A DNA stretch of 64,000 nt from Auanema rhodensis (Eukaryota; Animalia; Nematoda), in the NCBI GenBank assembly GCA_964057225.1, contig OZ059900.1:19406001-19470000 (forward strand), in the 5' to 3' direction. Positions within the stretch are counted from its first letter, which is position 1. Each line of letters opens with the position of its first letter. The position numbers were made by a program, and so were the translations under genes. Of this stretch, positions 42,825-57,530 are shown piece by piece. A model generated the notes under the pieces. The model saw only the letters and a list, made by a program, of their open reading frames with translations. It ran no database searches and was not told where the DNA came from.

Positions 42825-43850
42825 TTCATTGACATTGCATGAGTTTGAACACATGAAATCGTAAGTCAAAACCTTGTTTACAGCGAAAATTCCAAAAACT
42901 GGTTTTCCAGCATAATAAAATATTTCTCATGGGAAATACTGTGTTTTTGTATTTTTCTAGTGTTCAGCATGTAAAATGCTTCATTTTAGTATGTAACACG
43001 CTGAAATTCGTTGCATTTGACGACTCATATGAACAAAAATCGATTTAATCAATATTAGCCATAAGGGGCGTGCCCTCAGAATATGCTAATTTCCTTAATT
43101 TTCTAACCCCTGTTTTTTTGTCGTGAAAGTGGAACTAGACGTTGTACGAACAATTTTGAGCTAGGTTTCATTGACATTGCATGAGTTTGAACACATGAAA
43201 TCGTAAGTCAAAACCTTGTTTACAGCGAAAATTCCAAAAACTGGTTTTCCAGCATAATAAAATATTTCTCATGGGAAATACTGTGTTTTTGTATTTTTCT
43301 AGTGTTCAGCATGTAAAATACTTCATTTTAGTATGTAACACGCTGAAATTCGTTGCATTTGACGACTCATATGAACAAAAATCGATTTAATCAATATTAG
43401 CCATAAGGGGCGTGCCCTCAGAATATGCTAATTTCCTAAATTTTCTAACCCCTGTTTTTTTGTCGTGAAAGTGGAACCAGACGTTGTACGAACAATTTTG
43501 AGCTAGGTTTCATTGACATTGCATGAGTTTGAACACATGAAATCGTATGTCAAAACCTTGTTTACAGCGAAATTTCCAAAAACTGGTTTTCCAGCATAAT
43601 AAAATATTTCTCATGGGAAATACTGTGTTTTTGTATTTTTCTAGTGTTCAGCATGTAAAATGCTTCATTTTAGTATGTAACACGCTGAAATTCGTTGCAT
43701 TTGACGACTCATATGAACAAAAATCGATTTAATCAATATTAGCCATAAGGGGCGTGCCCTCAGAATATGCTAATTTCCTAAATTTTCTAACCCCTGTTTT
43801 TTTGTCGTGAAAGTGGAACCAGACGTTGTACGAACAATTTTGAGCTAGGT

Positions 43851-46800
43851 TTCATTGACATTGCATGAGTTTGAACACATGAAATCGTATGTCAAAACCT
43901 TGTTTACAGCGAAATTTCCAAAAACTGGTTTTCCAGCATAATAAAATATTTCTCATGGGAAATACTGTGTTTTTGTATTTTTCTAGTGTTCAGCATGTAA
44001 AATGCTTCATTTAAGTATGTAACACGCTGAAATTCGTTGCATTTGACGACTCATATGAACAAAAATCGATTTAATCAATATTAGCCATAAGGGGCGTGCC
44101 CTCAGAATATGCTAATTTCCTTAATTTTCTAACCCCTGTTTTTTTGTCGTGAAAGTGGAACTAGACGTTGTACGAACAATTTTGAGCTAGGTTTCATTGA
44201 CATTGCATGAGTTTGAACACATGAAATCGTAAGTCAAAACCTTGTTTACAGCGAAAATTCCAAAAACTGGTTTTCCAGCATAATAAAATATTTCTCATGG
44301 GAAATACTGTGTTTTTGTATTTTTCTAGTGTTCAGCATGTAAAATGCTTCATTTCAGTATGTAACACGCTGAAATTCGTTGCATTTGACTACTCATATGA
44401 ACAAAAATCGATTTAATCAATATTAGCCATAAGGGGCGTGCCCTCAGAATATGCTAATTTCCTTAATTTTCTAACCCCTGTTTTTTTGTCGTGAAAGTGG
44501 AACTAGACGTTGTACAAACAATTTTGAGCTAGGTTTCATTGACATTGCATGAGTTTGAACACATGAAATCGTAAGTCAAAACCTTGTTTACAGCGAAATT
44601 TCCAAAAACTGGTTTTCCAGCATAATAAAATATTTCTCATGAGAAATACTGTGTTTTTGTATTTTTCTAGTGTTCAGCATGTAAAATGCTTCATTTTAGT
44701 ATGTAACACGATGAAATTCGTTGCATTTGACGACTCATATGAACAAAAATCGATTTAATCAATATTAGCCATAAGGGGCGTGCCCTCAGAATATGCTGAT
44801 TTCATTAATTTTCTAACCCCCGTTTTTTTGTCGTGAAAGTGGAACTAGACGTTGAAGGAACAATTTTGAGCTAGGTTTCATTGACATTGCATGAGTTTGA
44901 ACACATGAAATCGTAAGTCAAAACCTTGTTTACAGCGAAATTTCCAAAAACTGGTTTTCCAGCATAATAAAATATTTCTCATGGGAAATACTGTGTTTTT
45001 GTATTTTTCTACTGTTCAGCATGTAAAATGTTTCATTTTAGTATTTAACACGCTGAAATTCGTTGCATTTGACGACTCATATGAACAAAAATCGATTTAA
45101 TCAATATTAGCCATAAGGGGCGTGCCCTCAGAATATGCTAATTTCCTTAATTTTCTAACCCCTGTTTTTTTGTCGTGAAAGTGGAAACAGACGTTGTACA
45201 AACAATTTTGAGCTAGGTTTCATTGACATTGCATGAGTTTGAACACATGAAATCGTAAGTCAAAACCTTGTTTACAGCGAAATTTCCAAAAACTGGTTTT
45301 CCAGCATAATAAAATATTTCTCATGAGAAATACTGTGTTTTTGTATTTTTCTAGTGTTCAGCATGTAAAATGCTTCATTTTAGTATGTAACACGATGAAA
45401 TTCGTTGCATTTGACGACTCATATGAACAAAAATCGATTTAATCAATATTAGCCATAAGGGGCGTGCCCTCAGAATATGCTAATTTCATTAATTTTCTAA
45501 CCCCTGTTTTTTTGTCGTGAAAGTGGAACTAGACGTTGTAGGAACAATTTTGAGCTAGGTTTCATTGACATTGCATGAGTTTGAACACATGAAAGCGTAA
45601 GTCAAAACCTTGTTTACAGCGAAATTTCCAAAAACTGGTTTTCCAGCATAATAAAATATTTCTCATGGGAAATACTGTGTTTTTGTATTTTTCTAGTGTT
45701 CAGCATGTAAAATGCTTCATTTTAGTATGTAACACGCTGAAATTCGTTGCATTTGACGACTCATATGAACAAAAATCGATTTAATCAATATTAGCCATAA
45801 GGGGCGTGCCCTCAGAATATGCTAATTTCCTAAATTTTCTAACCCCTGTTTTTTTGTCGTGAAAGTGGAACCAGACGTTGTACGAACAATTTTGAGCTAG
45901 GTTTCATTGACATTGCATGAGTTTGAACACATGAAATCGTATGTCAAAACCTTGTTTACAGCGAAATTTCCAAAAACTGGTTTTCCAGCATAATAAAATA
46001 TTTCTCATGGGAAATACTGTGTTTTTGTATTTTTCTAGTGTTCAGCATGTAAAATGCTTCATTTTAGTATGTAACACGCTGAAATTCGTTGCATTTGACG
46101 ACTCATATGAACAAAAATCGATTTAATCAATATTAGCCATAAGGGGCGTGCCCTCAGAATATGCTAATTTCCTTAATTTTCTAACCCCTGTTTTTTTGTC
46201 GTGAAAGTGGAACTAGACGTTGTACGAACAATTTTGAGCTAGGTTTCATTGACATTGCATGAGTTTGAACACATGAAATCGTAAGTCAAAACCTTGTTTA
46301 CAGCGAAAATTCCAAAAACTGGTTTTCCAGCATAATAAAATATTTCTCATGGGAAATACTGTGTTTTTGTATTTTTCTAGTGTTCAGCATGTAAAATGCT
46401 TCATTTCAGTATGTAACACGCTGAAATTCGTTGCATTTGACTACTCATATGAACAAAAATCGATTTAATCAATATTAGCCATAAGGGGCGTGCCCTCAGA
46501 ATATGCTAATTTCCTTAATTTTCTAACCCCTGTTTTTTTGTCGTGAAAGTGGAACTAGACGTTGTACAAACAATTTTGAGCTAGGTTTCATTGACATTGC
46601 ATGAGTTTGAACACATGAAATCGTAAGTCAAAACCTTGTTTACAGCGAAATTTCCAAAAACTGGTTTTCCAGCATAATAAAATATTTCTCATGAGAAATA
46701 CTGTGTTTTTGTATTTTTCTAGTGTTCAGCATGTAAAATGCTTCATTTTAGTATGTAACACGATGAAATTCGTTGCATTTGACGACTCATATGAACAAAA

Positions 46801-47954
46801 ATCGATTTAATCAATATTAGCCAAAAGGGGCGTGCCCTCAGAATATGCTGATTTCATTAATTTTCTAACCCCCGTTTTTTTGTCGTGAAAGTGGAACTAG
46901 ACGTTGAAGGAACAATTTTGAGCTAGGTTTCATTGACATTGCATGAGTTTGAACACATGAAATCGTAAGTCAAAACCTTGTTTACAGCGAAATTTCCAAA
47001 AACTGGTTTTCCAGCATAATAAAATATTTCTCATGGGAAATACTGTGTTTTTGTATTTTTCTACTGTTCAGCATGTAAAATGTTTCATTTTAGTATTTAA
47101 CACGCTGAAATTCGTTGCATTTGACGACTCATATGAACAAAAATCGATTTAATCAATATTAGCCATAAGGGGCGTGCCCTCAGAATATGCTAATTTCCTT
47201 AATTTTCTAACCCCTGTTTTTTTGTCGTGAAAGTGGAAACAGACGTTGTACAAACAATTTTGAGCTAGGTTTCATTGACATTGCATGAGTTTGAACACAT
47301 GAAATCGTAAGTCAAAACCTTGTTTACAGCGAAATTTCCAAAAACTGGTTTTCCAGCATAATAAAATATTTCTCATGAGAAATACTGTGTTTTTGTATTT
47401 TTCTAGTGTTCAGCATGTAAAATGCTTCATTTTAGTATGTAACACGATGAAATTCGTTGCATTTGACGACTCATATGAACAAAAATCGATTTAATCAATA
47501 TTAGCCATAAGGGGCGTGCCCTCAGAATATGCTAATTTCATTAATTTTCTAACCCCTGTTTTTTTGTCGTGAAAGTGGAACTAGACGTTGTAGGAACAAT
47601 TTTGAGCTAGGTTTCATTGACATTGCATGAGTTTGAACACATGAAAGCGTAAGTCAAAACCTTGTTTACAGCGAAATTTCCAAAAACTGGTTTTCCAGCA
47701 TAATAAAATATTTCTCATGGGAAATACTGTGTTTTTGTATTTTTCTAGTGTTCAGCATGTAAAATGCTTCATTTTAGTATGTAACACGCTGAAATTCGTT
47801 GCATTTGACGACTCATATGAACAAAAATCGATTTAATCAATATTAGCCATAAGGGGCGTGCCCTCAGAATATGCTAATTTCCTTAATTTTCTAACCCCTG
47901 TTTTTTTGTCGTGAAAGTGGAAACAGACGTTGTAGGAACAATTTTGAGCTAGGT
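43851..47954 (+). repeat. 6-monomer HOR (2052 bp), two copies
   Basis: CGTATGTC monomers at 43851/45903, CTACTGTT+GTATTTAA at 44877/46929 and GAAAGCG at 45561/47613; all offsets are 2052. Confidence 0.9.
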
Positions 47955-50900
47955 TTCATTGACATTGCATGAGTTTGAACACATGAAATCGTAAGTCAAA
48001 ACCTTGTTTACAGCGAAATTTCCAAAAACTGGTTTTCCAGCATAATAAAATATTTCTCATGAGAAATACTGTGTTTTTGTATTTTTCTAGTGTTCAGCAT
48101 GTAAAATGCTTCATTTTAGTATGTAACACGATGAAATTCGTTGCATTTGACGACTCATATGAACAAAAATCGATTTAATCAATATTAGCCATAAGGGGCG
48201 TGCCCTCAGAATATGCTAATTTCCTAAATTTTCTAACCCCTGTTTTTTTGTCGGGAAAGTGGGACTAGACGTTGTACGAACAATTTTGAGCTAGGTTTCA
48301 TTGACATTGCATGAGTTTGAACACATGAAATCGTAAGTCAAAACCTTGTTTACAGCGAAATTTCCAAAAACTGGTTTTCCAGCATAATAAAATATTTCTC
48401 ATGGGAAATACTGTGTTTTTGTATTTTTCTAGTGTTCAGCATGTAAAATGCTTCATTTTAGTATGTAACACGCTGAAATTCGTTGCATTTGACGACTCAT
48501 ATGAACAAAAATCGATTTAATCAATATTAGCCATAAGGGGCGTGCCCTCAGAATATGCTAATTTCCTTAATTTTCTAACCCCTGTTTTTTTGTCGTGAAA
48601 GTGGGACTAGACGTTGTACGAACAATTTTGAGCTAGGTTTCATTGACATTGCATGAGTTTGAACACATGAAATCGTAAGTCAAAACCTTGTTTACAGCGA
48701 AATTTCCAAAAACTGGTTTTCCAGCATAATAAAATATTTCTCATGGGAAATACTGTGTTTTTGTATTTTTCTAGTGTTCAGCATGTAAAATGCTTCATTT
48801 TAGTATGTAACACGCTGAAATTCGTTGCATTTGACGACTCATATGAACAAAAATCGATTTAATCAATATTAGCCATAAGGGGCGTGCCCTCAGAATATGC
48901 TAATTCCCTTAATTTTCTAACCCCTGTTTTTTTGTCGTGAAAGTGGAACTAGACGTTGTACAAACAATTTTGAGCTAGGTTTCATTGACATTGCATGAGT
49001 TTGAACACATGAAATCGTAAGTCAAAACCTTGTTTACAGCGAAATTTCCAAAAACTGGTTTTCCAGCATAATAAAATATTTCTCATGGGAAATACTGTGT
49101 TTTTGTATTTTTCTAGTGTTCAGCATGTAAAATGCTTCATTTTAGTATGTAACACGCTGAAATTCGTTGCATTTGACTACTCATATGAACAAAAATCGAT
49201 TTAATCAATATTAGCCATAAGGGGCGTGCCCTCAGAATATGCTGATTTCCTTAATTTTCTAACCCCTGTTTTTTTGTCGTGAAAGTGGAACTAGACGTTG
49301 TACAAACAATTTTGAGCTAGGTTTCATTGACATTGCATGAGTTTGAACACATGAAATCGTAAGTCAAAACCTTGTTTACAGCGAAATTTCCAAAAACTGG
49401 TTTTCCAGCATAATAAAATATTTCTCATGAGAAATACTGTGTTTTTGTATTTTTCTAGTGTTCAGCATGTAAAATGCTTCATTTTAGTATGTAACACGAT
49501 GAAATTCGTTGCATTTGACGACTCATATGAACAAAAATCGATTTAATCAATATTAGCCATAAGGGGCGTGCCCTCAGAATATGCTAATTTCATTAATTTT
49601 CTAACCCCTGTTTTTTTGTCGTGAAAGTGGAACTAGACGTTGTAGGAACAATTTTGAGCTAGGTTTCATTGACATTGCATGAGTTTGAACACATGAAATC
49701 GTAAGTCAAAACCTTGTTTACAGCGAAATTTCCAAAAACTGGTTTTCCAGCATAATAAAATATTTCTCATGGGAAATACTGTGTTTTTGTATTTTTCTAG
49801 TGTTCAGCATGTAAAATGCTTCATTTTAGTATGTAACACGCTGAAATTCGTTGCATTTGACGACTCATATGAACAAAAATCGATTTAATCAATATTAGCC
49901 ATAAGGGGCGTGCCCTCAGAATATGCTAATTTCCTTAATTTTCTAACCCCTGTTTTTTTGTCGTGAAAGTGGAACTAGACGTTGTACAAACAATTTTGAG
50001 CTAGGTTTCATTGACATTGCATGAGTTTGAACACATGAAATCGTAAGTCAAAACCTTGTTTACAGCGAAATTTCTAAAAACTGGTTTTCCAGCATAATAA
50101 AATATTTCTCATGGGAAATACTGTGTTTTTGTATTTTTCTAGTGTTCAGCATGTAAAATGCTTCATTTTAGTATGTAACACGCTGAAATTCGTTGCATTT
50201 GACGACTCATATGAACAAAAATCGATTTAATCAATATTAGCCATAAGGGGCGTGCCCTCAGAATATGCTAATTTCCTTAATTTTCTAACCCCTGTTTTTT
50301 TGTCGGGAAAGTGGGACTAGACGTTGTACGAACAATTTTGAGCTAGGTTTCATTGACATTGCATGAGTTTGAACACATGAAATCGTAAGTCAAAACCTTG
50401 TTTACAGCGAAATTTCCAAAAACTGGTTTTCCAGCATAATAAAATATTTCTCATGGGAAATACTGTGTTTTTGTATTTTTCTAGTGTTCAGCATGTAAAA
50501 TGCTTCATTTTAGTATGTAACACGCTGAAATTCGTTGCATTTGACGACTCATATGAACAAAAATCGATTTAATCAATATTAGCCATAAGGGGCGTGCCCT
50601 CAGAATATGCTAATTTCCTTAATTTTCTAACCCCTGTTTTTTTGTCGTGAAAGTGGAAACAGACGTTGTAGGAACAATTTTGAGCTAGGTTTCATTGACA
50701 TTGCATGAGTTTGAACACATGAAATCGTAAGTCAAAACCTTGTTTACAGCGAAATTTCCAAAAACTGGTTTTCCAGCATAATAAAATATTTCTCATGAGA
50801 AATACTGTGTTTTTGTATTTTTCTAGTGTTCAGCATGTAAAATGCTTCATTTTAGTATGTAACACGATGAAATTCGTTGCATTTGACGACTCATATGAAC

Positions 50901-53426
50901 AAAAATCGATTTAATCAATATTAGCCATAAGGGGCGTGCCCTCAGAATATGCTAATTTCCTAAATTTTCTAACCCCTGTTTTTTTGTCGGGAAAGTGGGA
51001 CTAGACGTTGTACGAACAATTTTGAGCTAGGTTTCATTGACATTGCATGAGTTTGAACACATGAAATCGTAAGTCAAAACCTTGTTTACAGCGAAATTTC
51101 CAAAAACTGGTTTTCCAGCATAATAAAATATTTCTCATGGGAAATACTGTGTTTTTGTATTTTTCTAGTGTTCAGCATGTAAAATGCTTCATTTTAGTAT
51201 GTAACACGCTGAAATTCGTTGCATTTGACGACTCATATGAACAAAAATCGATTTAATCAATATTAGCCATAAGGGGCGTGCCCTCAGAATATGCTAATTT
51301 CCTTAATTTTCTAACCCCTGTTTTTTTGTCGTGAAAGTGGGACTAGACGTTGTACGAACAATTTTGAGCTAGGTTTCATTGACATTGCATGAGTTTGAAC
51401 ACATGAAATCGTAAGTCAAAACCTTGTTTACAGCGAAATTTCCAAAAACTGGTTTTCCAGCATAATAAAATATTTCTCATGGGAAATACTGTGTTTTTGT
51501 ATTTTTCTAGTGTTCAGCATGTAAAATGCTTCATTTTAGTATGTAACACGCTGAAATTCGTTGCATTTGACGACTCATATGAACAAAAATCGATTTAATC
51601 AATATTAGCCATAAGGGGCGTGCCCTCAGAATATGCTAATTCCCTTAATTTTCTAACCCCTGTTTTTTTGTCGTGAAAGTGGAACTAGACGTTGTACAAA
51701 CAATTTTGAGCTAGGTTTCATTGACATTGCATGAGTTTGAACACATGAAATCGTAAGTCAAAACCTTGTTTACAGCGAAATTTCCAAAAACTGGTTTTCC
51801 AGCATAATAAAATATTTCTCATGGGAAATACTGTGTTTTTGTATTTTTCTAGTGTTCAGCATGTAAAATGCTTCATTTAAGTATGTAACACGCTGAAATT
51901 CGTTGCATTTGACGACTCATATGAACAAAAATCGATTTAATCAATATTAGCCATAAGGGGCGTGCCCTTAGAATATGCTAATTTCCTTAATTTTCTAACC
52001 CCGGTTTTTTTGTCGTGAAAGTGGAATTAGACGTTGTAGGAACAATTTTGAGCTAGGTTTCATTGACATTGCATGAGTTTGAACACATGAAATCGTAAGT
52101 CAAAACCTTGTTTACAGCGAAATTTCCAAAAACTGGTTTTCCAGCATAATAAAATATTTCTCATGGGAAATACTGTGTTTTTGTATTTTTCTAGTGTTCA
52201 GCATGTAAAATGCTTCATTTTAGTATGTAACACGCTGAAATTCGTTGCATTTGACTACTCATATGAACAAAAATCGATTTAATCAATATTAGCCATAAGG
52301 GGCGTGCCCTCAGAATATGCTGATTTCCTTAATTTTCTAACCCCTGTTTTTTTGTCGTGAAAGTGGAACTAGACGTTGTACAAACAATTTTGAGCTAGGT
52401 TTCATTGACATTGCATGAGTTTGAACACATGAAATCGTAAGTCAAAACCTTGTTTACAGCGAAATTTCCAAAAACTGGTTTTCCAGCATAATAAAATATT
52501 TCTCATGAGAAATACTGTGTTTTTGTATTTTTCTAGTGTTCAGCATGTAAAATGCTTCATTTTAGTATGTAACACGATGAAATTCGTTGCATTTGACGAC
52601 TCATATGAACAAAAATCGATTTAATCAATATTAGCCATAAGGGGCGTGCCCTCAGAATATGCTAATTTCATTAATTTTCTAACCCCTGTTTTTTTGTCGT
52701 GAAAGTGGAACTAGACGTTGTAGGAACAATTTTGAGCTAGGTTTCATTGACATTGCATGAGTTTGAACACATGAAATCGTAAGTCAAAACCTTGTTTACA
52801 GCGAAATTTCCAAAAACTGGTTTTCCAGCATAATAAAATATTTCTCATGGGAAATACTGTGTTTTTGTATTTTTCTAGTGTTCAGCATGTAAAATGCTTC
52901 ATTTTAGTATGTAACACGCTGAAATTCGTTGCATTTGACGACTCATATGAACAAAAATCGATTTAATCAATATTAGCCATAAGGGGCGTGCCCTCAGAAT
53001 ATGCTAATTTCCTTAATTTTCTAACCCCTGTTTTTTTGTCGTGAAAGTGGAACTAGACGTTGTACAAACAATTTTGAGCTAGGTTTCATTGACATTGCAT
53101 GAGTTTGAACACATGAAATCGTAAGTCAAAACCTTGTTTACAGCGAAATTTCTAAAAACTGGTTTTCCAGCATAATAAAATATTTCTCATGGGAAATACT
53201 GTGTTTTTGTATTTTTCTAGTGTTCAGCATGTAAAATGCTTCATTTTAGTATGTAACACGCTGAAATTCGTTGCATTTGACGACTCATATGAACAAAAAT
53301 CGATTTAATCAATATTAGCCATAAGGGGCGTGCCCTCAGAATATGCTAATTTCCTTAATTTTCTAACCCCTGTTTTTTTGTCGTGAAAGTGGAACTAGAC
53401 GTTGTAGGAACAATTTTGAGCTAGGT
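47955..53426 (+). repeat. 8/9-monomer duplication
   Basis: Offset 2736: GAGAA+CGGGAAAGTGGGA monomer at 47955/50691 and TTCCCTT at 48639/51375. Offset 3078: GCTGAT at 48981/52059 and TTCTAAA at 50007/53085, with one extra monomer at 51717. Confidence 0.82.
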
Positions 53427-56400
53427 TTCATTGACATTGCATGAGTTTGAACACATGAAATCGTAAGTCAAAACCTTGTTTACAGCGAAATTTCCAAAAA
53501 CTGGTTTTCCAGCATAATAAAATATTTCTCATGGGAAATACTGTGTTTTTGTATTTTTCTAGTGTTCAGCATGTGAAATGCTTCATTTTAGTATGTAACA
53601 CGCTGAAATTCGTTGCATTTGACGACTCATATGAACAAAAATCGATTTAATCAATATTAGCCATAAGGGGCGTGCCCTCAGAATATGCTAATTTCCTTAA
53701 TTTTCTAACCCCGGTTTTTTTGTCGTGAAAGTGGAATTAGACGTTGTAGGAACAATTTTGAGCTAGGTTTCATTGACATTGCATGAGTTTGAACACATGA
53801 AATCGTAAGTCAAAACCTTGTTTACAGCGAAATTTCCAAAAACTGGTTTTCCAGCATAATAAAATATTTCTCATGGGAAATACTGTGTTTTTGTATTTTT
53901 CTAGTGTTCAGCATGTAAAATGCTTCATTTTAGTATGTAACACGCTGAAATTCGTTGCATTTGACTACTCATATGAACAAAAATCGATTTAATCAATATT
54001 AGCCATAAGGGGCGTGCCCTCAGAATATGCTAATTTCCTTAATTTTCTAACCCCTGTTTTTTTGTCGTGAAAGTGGAACTAGACGTTGTACAAACAATTT
54101 TGAGCTAGGTTTCATTGACATTGCATGAGTTTGAACACATGAAATCGTAAGTCAAAACCTTGTTTACAGCGAAATTTCCAAAAACTGGTTTTCCAGCATA
54201 ATAAAATATTTCTCATGGGAAATACTGTGTTTTTGTATTTTTCTAGTGTTCAGCATGTGAAATGCTTCATTTTAGTATGAAACACGCTGAAATTCGTTGC
54301 ATTTGACGACTCATATGAACAAAAATCGATTTAATCAATATTAGCCATAAGGGGCGTGCCCTCAGAATATGCTAATTTCCTTAATTTTCTAACCCCGGTT
54401 TTTTTGTCGTGAAAGTGGAATTAGACGTTGTAGGAACAATTTTGAGCTAGGTTTCATTGACATTGCATGAGTTTGAACACATGAAATCGTAAGTCAAAAC
54501 CTTGTTTACAGCGAAATTTCCAAAAACTGGTTTTCCAGCATAATAAAATATTTCTCATGGGAAATACTGTGTTTTTGTATTTTTCTAGTGTTCAGCATGT
54601 AAAATGCTTCATTTTAGTATGTAACACGCTGAAATTCGTTGCATTTGACGACTCATATGAACAAAAATCGATTTAATCAATATTAGCCATAAGGGGCGTG
54701 CCCTCAGAATATGCTAATTTCCTTAATTTTCTAACCCCGGTTTTTTTGTCGTGAAAGTGGAATTAGACGTTGTAGGAACAATTTTGAGCTAGGTTTCATT
54801 GACATTGCATGACTTTGAACACATGAAATCGTAAGTCAAAACCTTGTTTACAGCGAAATTTCCAAAAACTGGTTTTCCAGCATAATAAAATATTTCTCAT
54901 GGGAAATACTGTGTTTTTGTATTTTTCTAGTGTTCAGCATGTAAAATGCTTCATTTTAGTATGTAACACGCTGAAATTCGTTGCATTTGACTACTCATAT
55001 GAACAAAAATCGATTTAATCAATATTAGCCATAAGGGGCGTGCCCTCAGAATATGCTAATTTCCTTAATTTTCTAACCCCTGTTTTTTTGTCGTGAAAGT
55101 GGAACTAGACGTTGTACAAACAATTTTGAGCTAGGTTTCATTGACATTGCATGAGTTTGAACACATGAAATCGTAAGTCAAAACCTTGTTTACAGCGAAA
55201 TTTCCAAAAACTGGTTTTCCAGCATAATAAAATATTTCTCATGGGAAATACTGTGTTTTTGTATTTTTCTAGTGTTCAGCATGTAAAATGCTTCATTTTA
55301 GTATGTAACACGCTGAAATTCGTTGCATTTGACGACTCATATGAACAAAAATCGATTTAATCAATATTAGCCATAAGGGGCGTGCCCTCAGAATATGCTA
55401 ATTTCCTTAATTTTCTAACCCCTGTTTTTTTGTCGTGAAAGTGGAACTAGACGTTGTAGGAACAATTTTGAGCTAGGTTTCATTGACATTGCATGAGTTT
55501 GAACACATGAAATCGTAAGTCAAAACCTTGTTTACAGCGAAATTTCCAAAAACTGGTTTTCCAGCATAATAAAATATTTCTCATGGGAAATACTGTGTTT
55601 TTGTATTTTTCTAGTGTTCAGCATGTGAAATGCTTCATTTTAGTATGTAACACGCTGAAATTCGTTGCATTTGACGACTCATATGAACAAAAATCGATTT
55701 AATCAATATTAGCCATAAGGGGCGTGCCCTCAGAATATGCTAATTTCCTTAATTTTCTAACCCCGGTTTTTTTGTCGTGAAAGTGGAATTAGACGTTGTA
55801 GGAACAATTTTGAGCTAGGTTTCATTGACATTGCATGAGTTTGAACACATGAAATCGTAAGTCAAAACCTTGTTTACAGCGAAATTTCCAAAAACTGGTT
55901 TTCCAGCATAATAAAATATTTCTCATGGGAAATACTGTGTTTTTGTATTTTTCTAGTGTTCAGCATGTAAAATGCTTCATTTTAGTATGTAACACGCTGA
56001 AATTCGTTGCATTTGACTACTCATATGAACAAAAATCGATTTAATCAATATTAGCCATAAGGGGCGTGCCCTCAGAATATGCTAATTTCCTTAATTTTCT
56101 AACCCCTGTTTTTTTGTCGTGAAAGTGGAACTAGACGTTGTACAAACAATTTTGAGCTAGGTTTCATTGACATTGCATGAGTTTGAACACATGAAATCGT
56201 AAGTCAAAACCTTGTTTACAGCGAAATTTCCAAAAACTGGTTTTCCAGCATAATAAAATATTTCTCATGGGAAATACTGTGTTTTTGTATTTTTCTAGTG
56301 TTCAGCATGTGAAATGCTTCATTTTAGTATGAAACACGCTGAAATTCGTTGCATTTGACGACTCATATGAACAAAAATCGATTTAATCAATATTAGCCAT

Positions 56401-57530
56401 AAGGGGCGTGCCCTCAGAATATGCTAATTTCCTTAATTTTCTAACCCCGGTTTTTTTGTCGTGAAAGTGGAATTAGACGTTGTAGGAACAATTTTGAGCT
56501 AGGTTTCATTGACATTGCATGAGTTTGAACACATGAAATCGTAAGTCAAAACCTTGTTTACAGCGAAATTTCCAAAAACTGGTTTTCCAGCATAATAAAA
56601 TATTTCTCATGGGAAATACTGTGTTTTTGTATTTTTCTAGTGTTCAGCATGTAAAATGCTTCATTTTAGTATGTAACACGCTGAAATTCGTTGCATTTGA
56701 CGACTCATATGAACAAAAATCGATTTAATCAATATTAGCCATAAGGGGCGTGCCCTCAGAATATGCTAATTTCCTTAATTTTCTAACCCCGGTTTTTTTG
56801 TCGTGAAAGTGGAATTAGACGTTGTAGGAACAATTTTGAGCTAGGTTTCATTGACATTGCATGACTTTGAACACATGAAATCGTAAGTCAAAACCTTGTT
56901 TACAGCGAAATTTCCAAAAACTGGTTTTCCAGCATAATAAAATATTTCTCATGGGAAATACTGTGTTTTTGTATTTTTCTAGTGTTCAGCATGTAAAATG
57001 CTTCATTTTAGTATGTAACACGCTGAAATTCGTTGCATTTGACTACTCATATGAACAAAAATCGATTTAATCAATATTAGCCATAAGGGGCGTGCCCTCA
57101 GAATATGCTAATTTCCTTAATTTTCTAACCCCTGTTTTTTTGTCGTGAAAGTGGAACTAGACGTTGTACAAACAATTTTGAGCTAGGTTTCATTGACATT
57201 GCATGAGTTTGAACACATGAAATCGTAAGTCAAAACCTTGTTTACAGCGAAATTTCCAAAAACTGGTTTTCCAGCATAATAAAATATTTCTCATGGGAAA
57301 TACTGTGTTTTTGTATTTTTCTAGTGTTCAGCATGTGAAATGCTTCATTTTAGTATGAAACACGCTGAAATTCGTTGCATTTGACGACTCATATGAACAA
57401 AAATCGATTTAATCAATATTAGCCATAAGGGGCGTGCCCTCAGAATATGCTAATTTCCTTAATTTTCTAACCCCGGTTTTTTTGTCGTGAAAGTGGAATT
57501 AGACGTTGTAGGAACAATTTTGAGCTAGGT
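53427..57530 (+). repeat. 6-monomer HOR (2052 bp), about two copies, in the CCCCGG-variant domain
   Basis: TATGAAAC monomers at 54111/56163 and GACTTTG monomers at 54795/56847; a third TATGAAAC at 57189. Confidence 0.8.

Noticed and set aside
43547-43732. 61-aa ORF MSKPCLQRNF... as a protein-coding gene
   Set aside because: It lies wholly within a satellite monomer, the start codon comes from one substitution, it has no recognisable domain, and sister monomers carry stops and deletions.
45941-46126. Second identical 61-aa ORF
   Set aside because: It shares the same ATG variant through local duplication and is not independent evidence of coding.
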